A stretch of DNA of 64,000 bases, taken from positions 42,263 through 106,262 of the forward strand of contig JAHFFE010000002.1 in the NCBI GenBank assembly GCA_023248155.1, given 5' to 3'. Of the stretch, positions 20,784-31,274 are shown piece by piece (within the stretch, counting starts at the first letter, position 1; every line of letters begins with the position of its first letter). Below the pieces are notes generated by a model, which was given only the letters and a program-made list of their open reading frames with translations, did not search any database and was not told the origin of the DNA. The stretch is from Candidatus Omnitrophota bacterium (GTDB taxonomy: Bacteria; Omnitrophota; Gorgyraeia; 1-14-0-20-64-10). A program made the translations under genes and the position numbers.

Positions 20784-21020
20784 ATGAAGATGCCAAGAGT
20801 GAATGAACGAAAAAGTGAAAGCAGCAGCAGCCCGCCGAAATTGGGCCGGGGCAGCCGGAAAAACGCGGTTCAGCTGACCGCGCTGCTTTACCTGCGGGAA
20901 GCTTTAATCAACCAACGGTACGAGAATTGCCCTGAGTTCGTGGCGGTTGCCAAAGAATTCGGAGCGAGTCCTGCCGATATAGAGGCGTTACTGGAAGATG
21001 CTAGACGATTACCGGAGTGA
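20784..21020 (+). CDS. Small hypothetical protein with a UVR-like helical hairpin
   Basis: AGGAGG RBS; LREALINQRYENC. Confidence 0.75.
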   Translation: MKMPRVNERKSESSSSPPKLGRGSRKNAVQLTALLYLREALINQRYENCPEFVAVAKEFGASPADIEALLEDARRLPE

Positions 21021-21024
21021 TTGT

Positions 21025-21906
21025 TTACGCAGCCAGAGCGGCGGGCGCTTTAACGGCCATCTGCTGGCGCTGTTGGGGTGTGGGCAGCTGGATGTTCCAG
21101 GCCAGCCCGAGCAACGAGAGAAGCCGGACTGTGCCATGGGTTATGTCCAGCTCCCACCACCGCAGCCCGTGGGCCGCGGAACGGGGGAATGCATGATGGT
21201 TATTGTGCCAGCCTTCGCCGTAGGTCAGCAGAGCAACCCACCAGTTGTTCGTCGACTGATCGTTGGATGCCCAGGTGCGGTAGCCCCAGACATGCGAAGC
21301 CGAATTGACGAACCATGTGGAGTGCCAGACGAATACGGTGCGCAACGCGAAGCCCCAAAGAAACGCGGACCATCCGCCCCAGAGAAACAGGCCGGCTGCC
21401 AAAATCAATTGATAGTACGGAAAAGTTTTTTCGATGAAACGGTAGACTGGATCGCGGTCAAGATCGGACGCGTAATGCCGGTAATTTTCGTACCGGTCGA
21501 GCTCGTCGCTGAACGAACAGAGCCAGCCCATGTGCGCCCAGAAGAAACCGCGCGTCGGGCTGTGAGGATCGTTCGGCATATCGGAGCGCGCGTGATGCAT
21601 GCGGTGAACAGCCACCCATTTGATGGGGCCGTTCTGCCAGGCCAAGCAGGCTAACCAGGTAATAAAATAATCCAGCGGTTTCCAGAGCTGGAACGACCGG
21701 TGCGTTAGCATCCGGTGATACGCAAGGCAAATCCCGATCCCGCCAGTAAGCCACTGCAGCACAAAGAATGCCCAGAACCCTTTCCAGCTGAAGCAAAAGA
21801 GAGCGGCCACCGCCAAAATGTGCATAACAGCGAAGACAGCAACGCTGTCCCACTTAATGCGCACCGGTTTGAGTAAATCGGTAGGAGTCTTTGATTCTTC
21901 TTGCAT
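21025..21906 (-). CDS. Delta-9 fatty acid desaturase
   Basis: His boxes HRMLTH, HRMHH, HNNHH. Confidence 0.96.
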   Translation of the reverse strand: MQEESKTPTDLLKPVRIKWDSVAVFAVMHILAVAALFCFSWKGFWAFFVLQWLTGGIGICLAYHRMLTHRSFQLWKPLDYFITWLACLAWQNGPIKWVAVHRMHHARSDMPNDPHSPTRGFFWAHMGWLCSFSDELDRYENYRHYASDLDRDPVYRFIEKTFPYYQLILAAGLFLWGGWSAFLWGFALRTVFVWHSTWFVNSASHVWGYRTWASNDQSTNNWWVALLTYGEGWHNNHHAFPRSAAHGLRWWELDITHGTVRLLSLLGLAWNIQLPTPQQRQQMAVKAPAALAA

Positions 21907-22012
21907 GATAAGAATAGGTTAGCACCGGACAAGCGCTGTGTCAAAGTAAATCGGGCCTTGTTTTTGCCCGCCTATTGACCCGCGTTGAAGAGTCTGTTAC
22001 TGTGAAATTCTT

Positions 22013-23167
22013 ATGAAAAATATCCGGTGGCGCGACTTACTGATTGTGGCGGTGGCGGTCTCTCTGTCCTGGGGTTTGCGCGGCCAGCAGGGGCATGAGC
22101 GGGGTGCTGCCGCTGCCGGTGCGATGATCGGTTTGGCGCTGGGTGCCGTGACCGGCGGAGCTCCGTGGATCGGGTCGGCCGTCATCGGGTCGCTGACGTT
22201 TGCCATAGGCGGATCATTAAGCTACGGCCGGTTTGTGCAGGCCGCGTATGAAGGATCCTGGGAAGCGATCGGCTCGCTGGCCTTGATCGGTTTCGTCTGG
22301 GGCGGATTGGGCGCGCTCGGTTTGGGTCTGGGGCTGGCACTGCCCCGGTATAAATTGTGGGAGCGCGTCGTCATCGCCGGCGGATTGTTTCTCGTCTGGT
22401 TTTTAGTCGACCGTCTTTTATGGGGGTGGCTGGCCGGCCCCGATGATTTCTGGACGCGCGAACTAATGGCCATTATCCTGCTGGGCGTCTGGTCGCTGGT
22501 ATCGGCCTATGTCGGCGTCTGGCGCGGCGATTCCACTTCGTTAAAACTGGCCGTGGCCGGCGCGATCGGATTCGCCGTCGGATTTCCTCTGGCGGCCGGT
22601 GTGCAGGGCCTGGGCCAGTTAACCGGAATTCAGGCCGACTGGTGGGCCATCTCGGAACATTTAATCGGTTTGTGCGGCGGGTTAAGTCTGGGGATTACCG
22701 TTCTTTCGATGAAACCAACCTGGCAGTTGCCGCTGGCCGTCAAGCCGTGGGAACGGTGGTCGGGCATGGTCTGGCTGCTCTGGTTTTTGCCGGCCTGGCT
22801 GCTGGCCAATAATGTCGATTATTGGGTGAAGGAGCGAGCGCTGTTTCCGGCCGGTATCGGCCATGCAATCAGCTGGCTGATGATTCTGATTCTCGTTGGG
22901 CTGGCGGTTTGGGGCTGGTCTGAAATGCGCCGCGGCCGGTTATTCGTGATCTCCTGGATGCCGCGCCACCTGCGCCGTATATTTCTATTCTTCGTCTGGA
23001 TTACGACGATCCTGGCCTGCTCCAAGACGCTGCTTACTGAAACATTGAACAGTTCCGTTTTCGTTTTTGCCGGCATGGCGCTGCTGCTGACTTGGCTGGT
23101 CGGCACCTACCGTTCCGGTCTTCCGCCGGTTCGCCAAGCACGGGCCATAAAAACCGCCTCAAATTAG
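22013..23167 (+). CDS. Polytopic membrane protein of unknown function
   Basis: Many TM segments; WGLRGQQGHERGA. Confidence 0.8.
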   Translation: MKNIRWRDLLIVAVAVSLSWGLRGQQGHERGAAAAGAMIGLALGAVTGGAPWIGSAVIGSLTFAIGGSLSYGRFVQAAYEGSWEAIGSLALIGFVWGGLGALGLGLGLALPRYKLWERVVIAGGLFLVWFLVDRLLWGWLAGPDDFWTRELMAIILLGVWSLVSAYVGVWRGDSTSLKLAVAGAIGFAVGFPLAAGVQGLGQLTGIQADWWAISEHLIGLCGGLSLGITVLSMKPTWQLPLAVKPWERWSGMVWLLWFLPAWLLANNVDYWVKERALFPAGIGHAISWLMILILVGLAVWGWSEMRRGRLFVISWMPRHLRRIFLFFVWITTILACSKTLLTETLNSSVFVFAGMALLLTWLVGTYRSGLPPVRQARAIKTASN

Positions 23168-23313
23168 GGATTGCCCTTGTATTTTGAGAGGGGATAAGCC
23201 ATTATGAGAGTGGGCCTTTCTGTCAGAACTGTTGAAAAAACTTAAAATTGTTAATCGTATGGAATCCGATAGTGGGGAATTGGGGCTGCACCATTAATTG
23301 AGGGAGGCAAGGA

Positions 23314-23718
23314 ATGGAAGAAACGCAGAACACTCATATTTTATTGGTGGATGATGAACCGGATTTGGTCCAAATGGTCTCGGTTCGGTTGAAAGCGGCC
23401 GGATACAATGTCGCCGTTGCGTATGACGGGCAGCAGGCGCTCGATTATGTCAAGCAGACGCGGCCGGACATGATTATTCTCGACTTGATGCTGCCGAAGC
23501 TCGATGGCTACAAGGTCTGCCGGCTATTGAAATTCGACGAGCGGACGAAAGGAATTCCGATCCTGATTTTCACGGCGCGCGCGCAGGTGGAAGATGTAAC
23601 GCTGGCGACTGAGTGCGGGGCCGACGCCTACCTGACCAAACCGTTCGAGGCGAAAACGCTGTTGACCAAGATTCAGGATTTAGTCGGGCTGGGCAAGAAA
23701 AACGCGGAACCAAAATAA
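23314..23718 (+). CDS. Single-domain response regulator
   Basis: VDDE, LDLMLP, FTA, KPF. Confidence 0.95.
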   Translation: MEETQNTHILLVDDEPDLVQMVSVRLKAAGYNVAVAYDGQQALDYVKQTRPDMIILDLMLPKLDGYKVCRLLKFDERTKGIPILIFTARAQVEDVTLATECGADAYLTKPFEAKTLLTKIQDLVGLGKKNAEPK

Positions 23719-23735
23719 TCCGGCGAGGGAAACGA

Positions 23736-25382
23736 ATGCCCACCGCGAAAAAGCAGCTTAACCGAAAAGAACTGCGGAGCTGGCTCGCTCAGCTGGATCA
23801 GCAGCTGGATCTGGAAGCGCTGATGAAAGGCTGCTGCGGGATGTTGATTAAGCTGACCGGAGCCGACCGTTGTTCGATTATGGTGCTCGACAGCGATACC
23901 GACCACCTGATCGTCCGCTGGGCGCATGGAAACCGGGTGCAGATGAAGGGCTCCGGCATGAAATTCCGCGTCGGTGAAGGGTTGTGCGGATGGGTGGCCC
24001 GTTCGCAAAAATCATTCTGCTCTTTGGATGCCACGAAAGAAGTCCGTTTCATGCCGCGCGCGCAGCAATCGGGGCAACCGCGCAATTTCAAAGAAGTGCG
24101 CGGCATTTGCTGCACGCCGCTGGTGGTCGACGGACGAACCGTCGGCGTGATCAATTTCTCCAGCTTTGACGCCAAAAAAACCCGCTTCGACTGGATCCGC
24201 AAGGACGAAGTCAAACTGTTTATCGAACGGCTGGCCCGCGTGATTTACCAGGCCGCGCTGCTGCGCGAATCGCAGGCCGTTTCAGAACGGTTCCGGCGGC
24301 AGGCCAAGGCCACCTCGGAGACCGTCGCTCAGGTCAGCCACGAAGTGCGCACGCCGCTGACGCTGGTCACTGAGGCGTCGCAGCAGCTGATTGATGAACT
24401 CGCCGGACCGCTTCAACCCGACCAGAAAAAACTGGTCCATATCATTCAATCCCAATCCCAGCGGATGCTGAAGCTGGTTTCGGAACTGCTCGACATTTCG
24501 CGCATCGAAGCCGGCCGCATGGCGCTGTACCGCGAACCGATGTCGATGGCCGATGCCATCCGCGACGTGGCCGACCGTTACCAGATGCTGGTTTCGCCGC
24601 GCAAACTGATTTTGGAAATCGGACTGGTCCCGCTGGTTTACGGCGACAAGACGCGGCTGGCGCAGATCGTCGAGAACCTGCTCGGCAATGCCGTTAAATT
24701 CACGCCGCCGGAGGGTTCAATTACCATTGGACTGCGCGAAAAAGGCAAAACGGCCGAGATCTCCGTGCAGGATACCGGCGCCGGCATTCCGCACAAGCAA
24801 CTCAAACTGCTGTTCCAGCGTTTTTCAAAACTCAAAGTGGCCGCCGGCATTAATGTGCGCGGCACCGGTTTGGGGCTGATGATCGTCAAGGAAGTGGCGC
24901 AGATGCACGGCGGGGCGGTACGCGTTGACTCGGAACCGGGCAAGGGAACCCGCTTTTCGGTGACGCTGCCGCTGTATTCGTCGACGCTGGCGCTCTCGGA
25001 AGAGTTCCGTGTGATGCGCGAGCAATCGTCGCGCGAAGGGCGGGATCTGGCGATTCAATTGCTGCGCCTGAAAAAAGATCCGAAAGCCACGCTCAATGAA
25101 ATCCGTGAAATGCTGGTCAAGCATGTGTCGCGCGAAGACCGCATTTTGGAAAACCCCGACGGCGGCCTGGTGATTTTGTCGGTCGTCGACCCGGAAGGGT
25201 TCGCGGCGATGCGAAAAAGAATCGATCAGGTATTTGCCGCGAATTTGCCGGCGGTCAATTCCCGCGATTTAGGCTGGGGGTGGGCGCTGGTTCCAAAAGA
25301 GGGAACGACGCTGACCATGGTGCTGCCGATTGCCGAGCGCCGCGCGCAGGAAGAAAAATTGGAGGCCGCGAAAAGCCGATGA
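23736..25382 (+). CDS. GAF sensor histidine kinase with a degenerate GGDEF-like tail
   Basis: GEGLCGWV (GAF), SHEVRTPL, NAVKF, DTGAGI, GTGLGL. Confidence 0.92.
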   Translation: MPTAKKQLNRKELRSWLAQLDQQLDLEALMKGCCGMLIKLTGADRCSIMVLDSDTDHLIVRWAHGNRVQMKGSGMKFRVGEGLCGWVARSQKSFCSLDATKEVRFMPRAQQSGQPRNFKEVRGICCTPLVVDGRTVGVINFSSFDAKKTRFDWIRKDEVKLFIERLARVIYQAALLRESQAVSERFRRQAKATSETVAQVSHEVRTPLTLVTEASQQLIDELAGPLQPDQKKLVHIIQSQSQRMLKLVSELLDISRIEAGRMALYREPMSMADAIRDVADRYQMLVSPRKLILEIGLVPLVYGDKTRLAQIVENLLGNAVKFTPPEGSITIGLREKGKTAEISVQDTGAGIPHKQLKLLFQRFSKLKVAAGINVRGTGLGLMIVKEVAQMHGGAVRVDSEPGKGTRFSVTLPLYSSTLALSEEFRVMREQSSREGRDLAIQLLRLKKDPKATLNEIREMLVKHVSREDRILENPDGGLVILSVVDPEGFAAMRKRIDQVFAANLPAVNSRDLGWGWALVPKEGTTLTMVLPIAERRAQEEKLEAAKSR

Positions 25383-25795
25383 CCATTCTAATCATTGAAG
25401 ATGAAGCGCAGGTCCGTGAATTGCTCGGCCGCCGCCTGCAGGCGCACAGCTACGAAACGCAGGAGGCCGAGAACGGCAAGGTCGGCCTTGAAAAGGCCAA
25501 ACAGCTGAAGCCCGAACTGATCATCCTTGATTTGAATATGCCGGAGATCGACGGAATCCAGGTTTATCAGCGGCTGCGCCAGGATCCGGACACCGCGAAG
25601 ATTCCGGTTCTTTTTCTGACCGCATTGTCGGCCGGTGGAACGATGACCGAGCAAAGCCTGGCGATTATCGCTTCGGCGAAGCACCGTGTGCAGTTGACGG
25701 GAAAATATGCCGTCATGGGTAAACCATATGATGCTCAGCAGCTGTTGGAGACGATCCGAAAACTGCTGGGGCAGGAGAGCGCGCCGGCGGTATGA
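25379..25795 (+). CDS. Single-domain response regulator
   Basis: IEDE, LDLNMP, LTA, KPY. Confidence 0.93.
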   Translation: MTILIIEDEAQVRELLGRRLQAHSYETQEAENGKVGLEKAKQLKPELIILDLNMPEIDGIQVYQRLRQDPDTAKIPVLFLTALSAGGTMTEQSLAIIASAKHRVQLTGKYAVMGKPYDAQQLLETIRKLLGQESAPAV

Positions 25796-27465
25796 AATCG
25801 ACCAAGCAGACCGATGAACGGCTCGTTGAAGAAGGGCTGATTACGCCGGAACAGCTGGCGAAGGCCCGCTCGGAAGCGCTGCGCGGCGGAGGCACCGTGC
25901 GCGAAGCGATCCTGCGAATGCGGTTTGTCGAGCCGTCGCGCATGGCCGACTGGCTCAGCCAGCAGCTGCAGATTCCGCGCGTGGAATTAAAATCGTACGT
26001 GATCGATTCGAAAGTTCTGCAGCTTGTTCCCGAGGCGCTGGCCCGCAAGCATCGCGTCATCCCGTTGTTTAAGGTAGGTAATTCGCTCACCGTTGCCACG
26101 GCCGATCCGCTGAATTTAATCGCGCTCGACGAACTGCATTTGAAAACCGCCAAAACGATCGAACCGGTTGTCGCCACCGATCAGGAAATTAATCAGGCGC
26201 TGGCCGATTATTACGGCACGAAAGGGCGCGTCGATGAGCTGGTGTCGGGGATGCCGGCCGAGACCGCCGCGGCGGAACTTCCTTCCGGCGCCGCTGCCGC
26301 GCAGAAAGCGTCGGACCCGCCTGTGGTGCAGCTGGTTAATCTGCTGCTCACCGACGCGGCCCGTTACCGCGCGTCAGATATTCACCTGGAACCCGAGCAT
26401 GAGGGGATGCGCGTCCGGTTCCGCATCGACGGAATTTTGCGCGAACAAACGGTGCTGCCCAAATCGCTGGAGCCGGCCGTTGTTTCGCGCATCAAGATTC
26501 TTGCCGGCATGGACATTGCCGACCAGCGCAAACCGCAGGACGGCCGTTTCCGGACGACGCTGGAAGGGCACGAGGTCGATCTGCGTATTTCGGTGATTCC
26601 GTCGATGGACGGAGAAACGGTCGTGATGCGTTTGCTGGATACGCAGGGCTTGCGCCTCGACATGAGCCAGCTGGGCATGGATGCCGACATGTTGGCACGC
26701 TACCAGCAGCTGGTTCAGCGCGCCTGGGGAATTTTGCTGGTGACCGGTCCGACCGGTTCCGGAAAAACGACGACACTGTATTCGACGCTGGCGTCGCTCA
26801 ATGCCGTCGAGCGCAACATCGTCACGATTGAAGATCCAGTCGAATATCGTTTGTCCGGCATCCGGCAGATTCAGGTGAATTCATCCGTGCAGCTGACGTT
26901 CGCCACCGGCTTGCGTTCGATTTTGCGTCAGGACCCCAACATCATCATGGTCGGAGAAATCCGTGACCGCGAAACGGCCGAGATCGCGATTCAATCGGCG
27001 TTGACGGGTCATATGGTTTTCTCGACGCTGCATACCAATGACGCGGCCACCGCCATTACACGGCTGCTCGACATGGGCATCGAGCCGTTCCTGGTCAGTT
27101 CCAGCTTGATCGGCGTGTTGGCCCAGCGGCTGGTGCGCACACTTTGTCCCGAATGCAAAACCGACGATCCGGCGCAGGAAGAAAAAGCGCGCAAGATGGG
27201 GTTCACCGGGACGGGTCACTGGATGAAAGCGGCCGGCTGCCGCCAATGCGGAAAAACCGGATACCGCGGCCGGATCGCGCTGTTTGAGCTGATGCCGATG
27301 GATGAAACGATTCAGAAAATGACGCTGGCCAAAACGTCGGCGTCCGATATCGCCACGCACGCGCATTCCGCCGGCATGAAAGCGCTGCGCGAAGACGGGC
27401 TGGCCAAGGCGGCGGCCGGAATCACGACGATCGACGAGGTGTTCCGCGTCGTCTCGGAGGCGTAA
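25792..27465 (+). CDS. pilB: Type IV pilus/T2SS assembly ATPase (PilB/GspE)
   Basis: ASDIH, GPTGSGKTTT, LRQDPN, GEIRD, tetra-Cys zinc site. Confidence 0.93.
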   Translation: MKSTKQTDERLVEEGLITPEQLAKARSEALRGGGTVREAILRMRFVEPSRMADWLSQQLQIPRVELKSYVIDSKVLQLVPEALARKHRVIPLFKVGNSLTVATADPLNLIALDELHLKTAKTIEPVVATDQEINQALADYYGTKGRVDELVSGMPAETAAAELPSGAAAAQKASDPPVVQLVNLLLTDAARYRASDIHLEPEHEGMRVRFRIDGILREQTVLPKSLEPAVVSRIKILAGMDIADQRKPQDGRFRTTLEGHEVDLRISVIPSMDGETVVMRLLDTQGLRLDMSQLGMDADMLARYQQLVQRAWGILLVTGPTGSGKTTTLYSTLASLNAVERNIVTIEDPVEYRLSGIRQIQVNSSVQLTFATGLRSILRQDPNIIMVGEIRDRETAEIAIQSALTGHMVFSTLHTNDAATAITRLLDMGIEPFLVSSSLIGVLAQRLVRTLCPECKTDDPAQEEKARKMGFTGTGHWMKAAGCRQCGKTGYRGRIALFELMPMDETIQKMTLAKTSASDIATHAHSAGMKALREDGLAKAAAGITTIDEVFRVVSEA

Positions 27466-27469
27466 ACCG

Positions 27470-28699
27470 ATGCCGACGTTTGCGTATCAGGCGCGCGATG
27501 AAGCGGGGCGGCTGGTGAAAGGGTTTCAGGAGGCGGAATCCCAGACTCTGCTGCTGCAGCAATTGCGCAAGGCCGGTTATTTAATCACGCGGCTGGAAGA
27601 AAAGACACAACAGAGTACGAGCTGGCTGCCTGACCTTCAGTTTGGAAAAAGGGTCGACGGGCAGGACCTGCTGATGGCTATTTTACAGCTGGCGAATCTG
27701 GTCGAGGCCGGACTTCCGCTGTTAACGGCGCTCAATACCGTTTGCGAGCAGTGGGCCGACGGTCCGCTGAAAGAGGCGCTCAGCGCCGTCGTGCGCGACA
27801 TTGAATCGGGCGAGAAATTTTCGCAGGCGCTCAAAAAGCATCCGCATATTTTCCCGAAATTAATGGTGAGCATGGTGATGGTCGGCGAGCAGACCGGAAA
27901 ATTGGACCTGGTGCTGATGCGGTTCTCGTCGTTTCTCGAACGGGACATGGCCGAACGCAGGGCGCTTCAGTCGGCTCTGAGTTATCCGATTTTGCTGTTT
28001 TGCGCCAGCATCGTGCTGGTGCTTTTCGTGGTGACGTTTGTGGTGCCGCAGTTTTCCGAGTTGTTCGTCAAGGCCGGCGTGCGGATGCCGGCGCCCACGC
28101 TCTTTTTATGCGGCGTCGGAAAATCGATCCGGCAATACTGGTGGCTCATGATTCTTTCGGTGCCGGCGGCCGGGGTTGGGGTTCCTCTGCTGATGCGCCG
28201 TCCCGATGTTCGCGCGTTCTGCGACCGATGGATTCTGAAAGTTCCGATATTCGGGAAGGTGATTTATCAGACGGTCATCCTGCGTTTCGCGCGCAGCCTG
28301 GCCACGCTGGTGGCCAGCGGCATCTCGATTTTGAGCGCGCTGGATACCGCCCGGGAAATGGTCGACAACCAGATGATCGAAGCCGAGCTCAAGCGCGTGC
28401 GCAGCGCCGTCGAGCGCGGCGAGAAACTGTCGGCGGCGCTGGCTGCCGGGAAAATTTTTCATCCCGACGTGGTGCAGATGGTCAAGGCCGGCGAAGAATC
28501 CGGCCGCATGGACGCGATGCTCGACAAGGTCGCCGATTTTTATGAGATGCGCGTTAATTTTTCATTGAAACAAATGGTTACTTTTCTGGAACCGCTTTTA
28601 TTAATGGGGATGGGAGGCATCGTCGTTTTAATTATGGCGTCTTTGATCTTGCCGATGTTTGATATGGTCAAGGTCTTACAAAATGGAGGGTTACGCTGA
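27470..28699 (+). CDS. pilC: Inner-membrane platform protein (PilC/GspF)
   Basis: MPTFAYQA, GEQTGKLD, GEESGRMD, LEP. Confidence 0.93.
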   Translation: MPTFAYQARDEAGRLVKGFQEAESQTLLLQQLRKAGYLITRLEEKTQQSTSWLPDLQFGKRVDGQDLLMAILQLANLVEAGLPLLTALNTVCEQWADGPLKEALSAVVRDIESGEKFSQALKKHPHIFPKLMVSMVMVGEQTGKLDLVLMRFSSFLERDMAERRALQSALSYPILLFCASIVLVLFVVTFVVPQFSELFVKAGVRMPAPTLFLCGVGKSIRQYWWLMILSVPAAGVGVPLLMRRPDVRAFCDRWILKVPIFGKVIYQTVILRFARSLATLVASGISILSALDTAREMVDNQMIEAELKRVRSAVERGEKLSAALAAGKIFHPDVVQMVKAGEESGRMDAMLDKVADFYEMRVNFSLKQMVTFLEPLLLMGMGGIVVLIMASLILPMFDMVKVLQNGGLR

Positions 28700-29172
28700 T
28701 GAAAATGAGGCAACGTAAAATAAGCAAAGGGTTCACGCTGGTCGAGTTGATCATCGTGATCGCCGTGATCGCGATTTTGCTGGGCATCGCGCTTCCGCGG
28801 CTGCGCGGCATGATTGACGAAGGCAACTCCGCCCGCGCCGCTGCCGAAGTCCGCGCGCTGCAGGCGGCAGTCGAGTCTTTCTTTATCCATAACGCCCGCG
28901 TTTATCCGGCGGCCGGCGCGACCTGGGAAAACGCGTTAGTGGCCGCGAGCCCGCGGCTGATTGGCGCCGCGCTGCTCGATCCGTTTAACGGGGCTGTTCA
29001 ATATCAGTACGCGCTATCGGCCAACGGCCAGTTTTATGTAATCTCGTCGTTCGGCCCCAACAGGGCTGCAACGATTATCGGCATTGATAACACCGGCGCG
29101 GTCACTCCTGCGGGAGCTACCGGAGACGATATCTTCAGCTCGAACGGCACTCCGGGTAACGGCGGGTTTTAA
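28699..29172 (+). CDS. Major type IV pilin/pseudopilin
   Basis: KG-FTLVEL prepilin cleavage site. Confidence 0.92.
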   Translation: MKMRQRKISKGFTLVELIIVIAVIAILLGIALPRLRGMIDEGNSARAAAEVRALQAAVESFFIHNARVYPAAGATWENALVAASPRLIGAALLDPFNGAVQYQYALSANGQFYVISSFGPNRAATIIGIDNTGAVTPAGATGDDIFSSNGTPGNGGF

Positions 29173-30153
29173 TTGGTAGTGGAGTTACTGCGAGGGAAGG
29201 GACGGCTCCAGCTGGTGCTTGGGGCCGTCCTGACCTGCGGCGTGGGGATCGCGTTGTCAATGGCCGCGCTGATGGTGCCCGAGCGTTTTGATGCCTGGCG
29301 CATCTACGCGTTCGGCGTGGGCGTTATTTTTTTCATGCTGGCCTATCTGATTTCCAGCTTTCGGCACGCTTCTAAAATCGAAACACTGGTTCTTGAACGG
29401 ACCGCTGAGTTGCAGGCGGCCAACCTGCGTCTGCTTGAGTTGGGAAAAATCAAGGATGAATTTGTCGCGGTGGTCAGCCATGAACTGCGCACGCCGATCG
29501 CCGTGATGCGCGAGGGGATCTGCCAGATGCAGGAAGGGGTTTGCGGTCCGATTACTCTGGAACAGCAGGCAACCATCGCGATCACATTAAGAAATCTCGA
29601 GCGGCTGCGCGAGCTGGTTGAGGATATGCTCGATATTTCCAAAATTGAAGCGGGAAAAATTGTTTTACAGCATGAAAAATTCGATTTTATTCAACTGGTT
29701 CGGGAAATCCAGAATTCTTTTTTGCCCCGTTCGCGCGAGAAAGAGATCGGCCTTGAATTGCATTTGCCGGGGCCGCATCTCTGGGTCCGGGCCGACCGCG
29801 CGAAACTGGCGCAGGTATTAACGAACCTGGTCAGCAACGCCATAAAGTTTACCGATCAGGGCGAGGTGCGCGTGACCGTGGAAGAGGACGCGCAACAGAT
29901 CCGGTGCGCGGTCTCCGACAGCGGCATCGGCATTTCGGACGAGAACATGCCCAAGCTGTTCCAGAAATTCCAGCAGTTTACGCGTCTCAGCAACGGTGAA
30001 AAAGGCAGCGGTCTGGGCCTGGCCATCTGCAGGGGGTTAATCGATCTGCATCAGGGCCGTCTCTGGGCCGAGTCGTCTTACGGAAAAGGAAGCCGTTTTA
30101 TTTTCAGCATCCCCAAGGGGGAAAACAGGGAGCCGTCCGCCGCCATCCGATGA
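29173..30153 (+). CDS. Membrane sensor histidine kinase
   Basis: 2 TM segments, SHELRTP, NAIKF, GSGLGL. Confidence 0.93.
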   Translation: MVVELLRGKGRLQLVLGAVLTCGVGIALSMAALMVPERFDAWRIYAFGVGVIFFMLAYLISSFRHASKIETLVLERTAELQAANLRLLELGKIKDEFVAVVSHELRTPIAVMREGICQMQEGVCGPITLEQQATIAITLRNLERLRELVEDMLDISKIEAGKIVLQHEKFDFIQLVREIQNSFLPRSREKEIGLELHLPGPHLWVRADRAKLAQVLTNLVSNAIKFTDQGEVRVTVEEDAQQIRCAVSDSGIGISDENMPKLFQKFQQFTRLSNGEKGSGLGLAICRGLIDLHQGRLWAESSYGKGSRFIFSIPKGENREPSAAIR

Positions 30154-31274
30154 ACGAGTCGCCATTTGCCGTCAATCCGTTTTCGCGGGAAATCCGCGTT
30201 TTGCTGATCGAAAACGACCTGGCTGAAGTCCGCCGATTTAAAGAAGTACTCTCCGAGGCGGGAGAGAAATTATTTCCGGTCACCTGGGCCGATCGTATGG
30301 CCGAGGGTTTGAGCCGTATTTCGGGAGATTCCGTTGATCTGATCGCGCTTGGGCTTTCTCTGCCTGACTCGTCAGGAGCGGATCTGTTCGCGCGCGTCCA
30401 CGCGCAGGCGTCGCATCTGCCGATCGTGCTGCTGGTATCGGCCGCGCAGGAAACAGAAGCCCAGCAGGCCGTTCTGGCTGGCGCACAGGATTATCTAATC
30501 AGGGGAAAATGGGAATCGTCGGTTCTTCCGCGCGTATTGCGTTACGCGGTGGAGCGCAAAGCGGTCGAGCGGATGAAAGACGAATTCGTCAGCAGTGTTT
30601 CGCACGAATTGCGCACGCCGCTGGCGATCGTCAAGGAAGGCGTCAGCCTGGTTCTCGACGGAGTTTCCGGTCCGCTTACCGCCGACCAGGATAAAATCCT
30701 GAAAGTCGCCCAGGACAACATCGACCGGCTCGCGCGTATTATCGAGAACCTGCTGGATGTTTCGGAACTGGACCGCGGCCGCATGAAGCTGAAGATTCAG
30801 CCGATCGATATTTTTGATCTGATCCGAAAAAAAGCCGAACAGCTGGCGCCAAAAATCCGCGAGAAGGGCATCGAATTTTCAGTGCAGATCCCTTCTGAAA
30901 AAAAGATGATGGAAGCCGATCCGATCCGCGTCGAACAAATATTAACCAGCCTTTTGGGCAATGCGTTGAAATTCACACGTAAAGGTTCCATCGTGCTGTC
31001 GGTGACCGAAGAACCGGACCGTTTAATCTGCCAAATATCCGATACCGGCATCGGCATTGCGCGCGAAGATCTGCCTAAAATTTTCCGCCGGTTCCAGCAG
31101 TTTGGGCGCAAAGACGGCCCCGGCGAGCAGGGGACCGGGCTGGGACTGTGGCTTTCGCAGCAGTTTATCGAGCTTCATGGAGGATCGGTCTGGGTTGAGA
31201 GCGAACAGGGCCGCGGCACGCGCGTTTTCTTTTCGCTTCCGAAGCCGGTTGTTCCGGCGGTAGAACCGGCATGA
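30150..31274 (+). CDS. Hybrid (pseudo)receiver-histidine kinase
   Basis: REC-like N-terminus with ALGLSLP at the usual LDLxLP position; SHELRTP; GTGLGL. Confidence 0.9.
   Translation: MNESPFAVNPFSREIRVLLIENDLAEVRRFKEVLSEAGEKLFPVTWADRMAEGLSRISGDSVDLIALGLSLPDSSGADLFARVHAQASHLPIVLLVSAAQETEAQQAVLAGAQDYLIRGKWESSVLPRVLRYAVERKAVERMKDEFVSSVSHELRTPLAIVKEGVSLVLDGVSGPLTADQDKILKVAQDNIDRLARIIENLLDVSELDRGRMKLKIQPIDIFDLIRKKAEQLAPKIREKGIEFSVQIPSEKKMMEADPIRVEQILTSLLGNALKFTRKGSIVLSVTEEPDRLICQISDTGIGIAREDLPKIFRRFQQFGRKDGPGEQGTGLGLWLSQQFIELHGGSVWVESEQGRGTRVFFSLPKPVVPAVEPA

Noticed and set aside
23613-23735. AGQEK in the ORF-track N-terminal extension of the kinase
   Set aside because: Lies upstream of the likely ATG at 23736 and overlaps the response regulator gene; a chance match.
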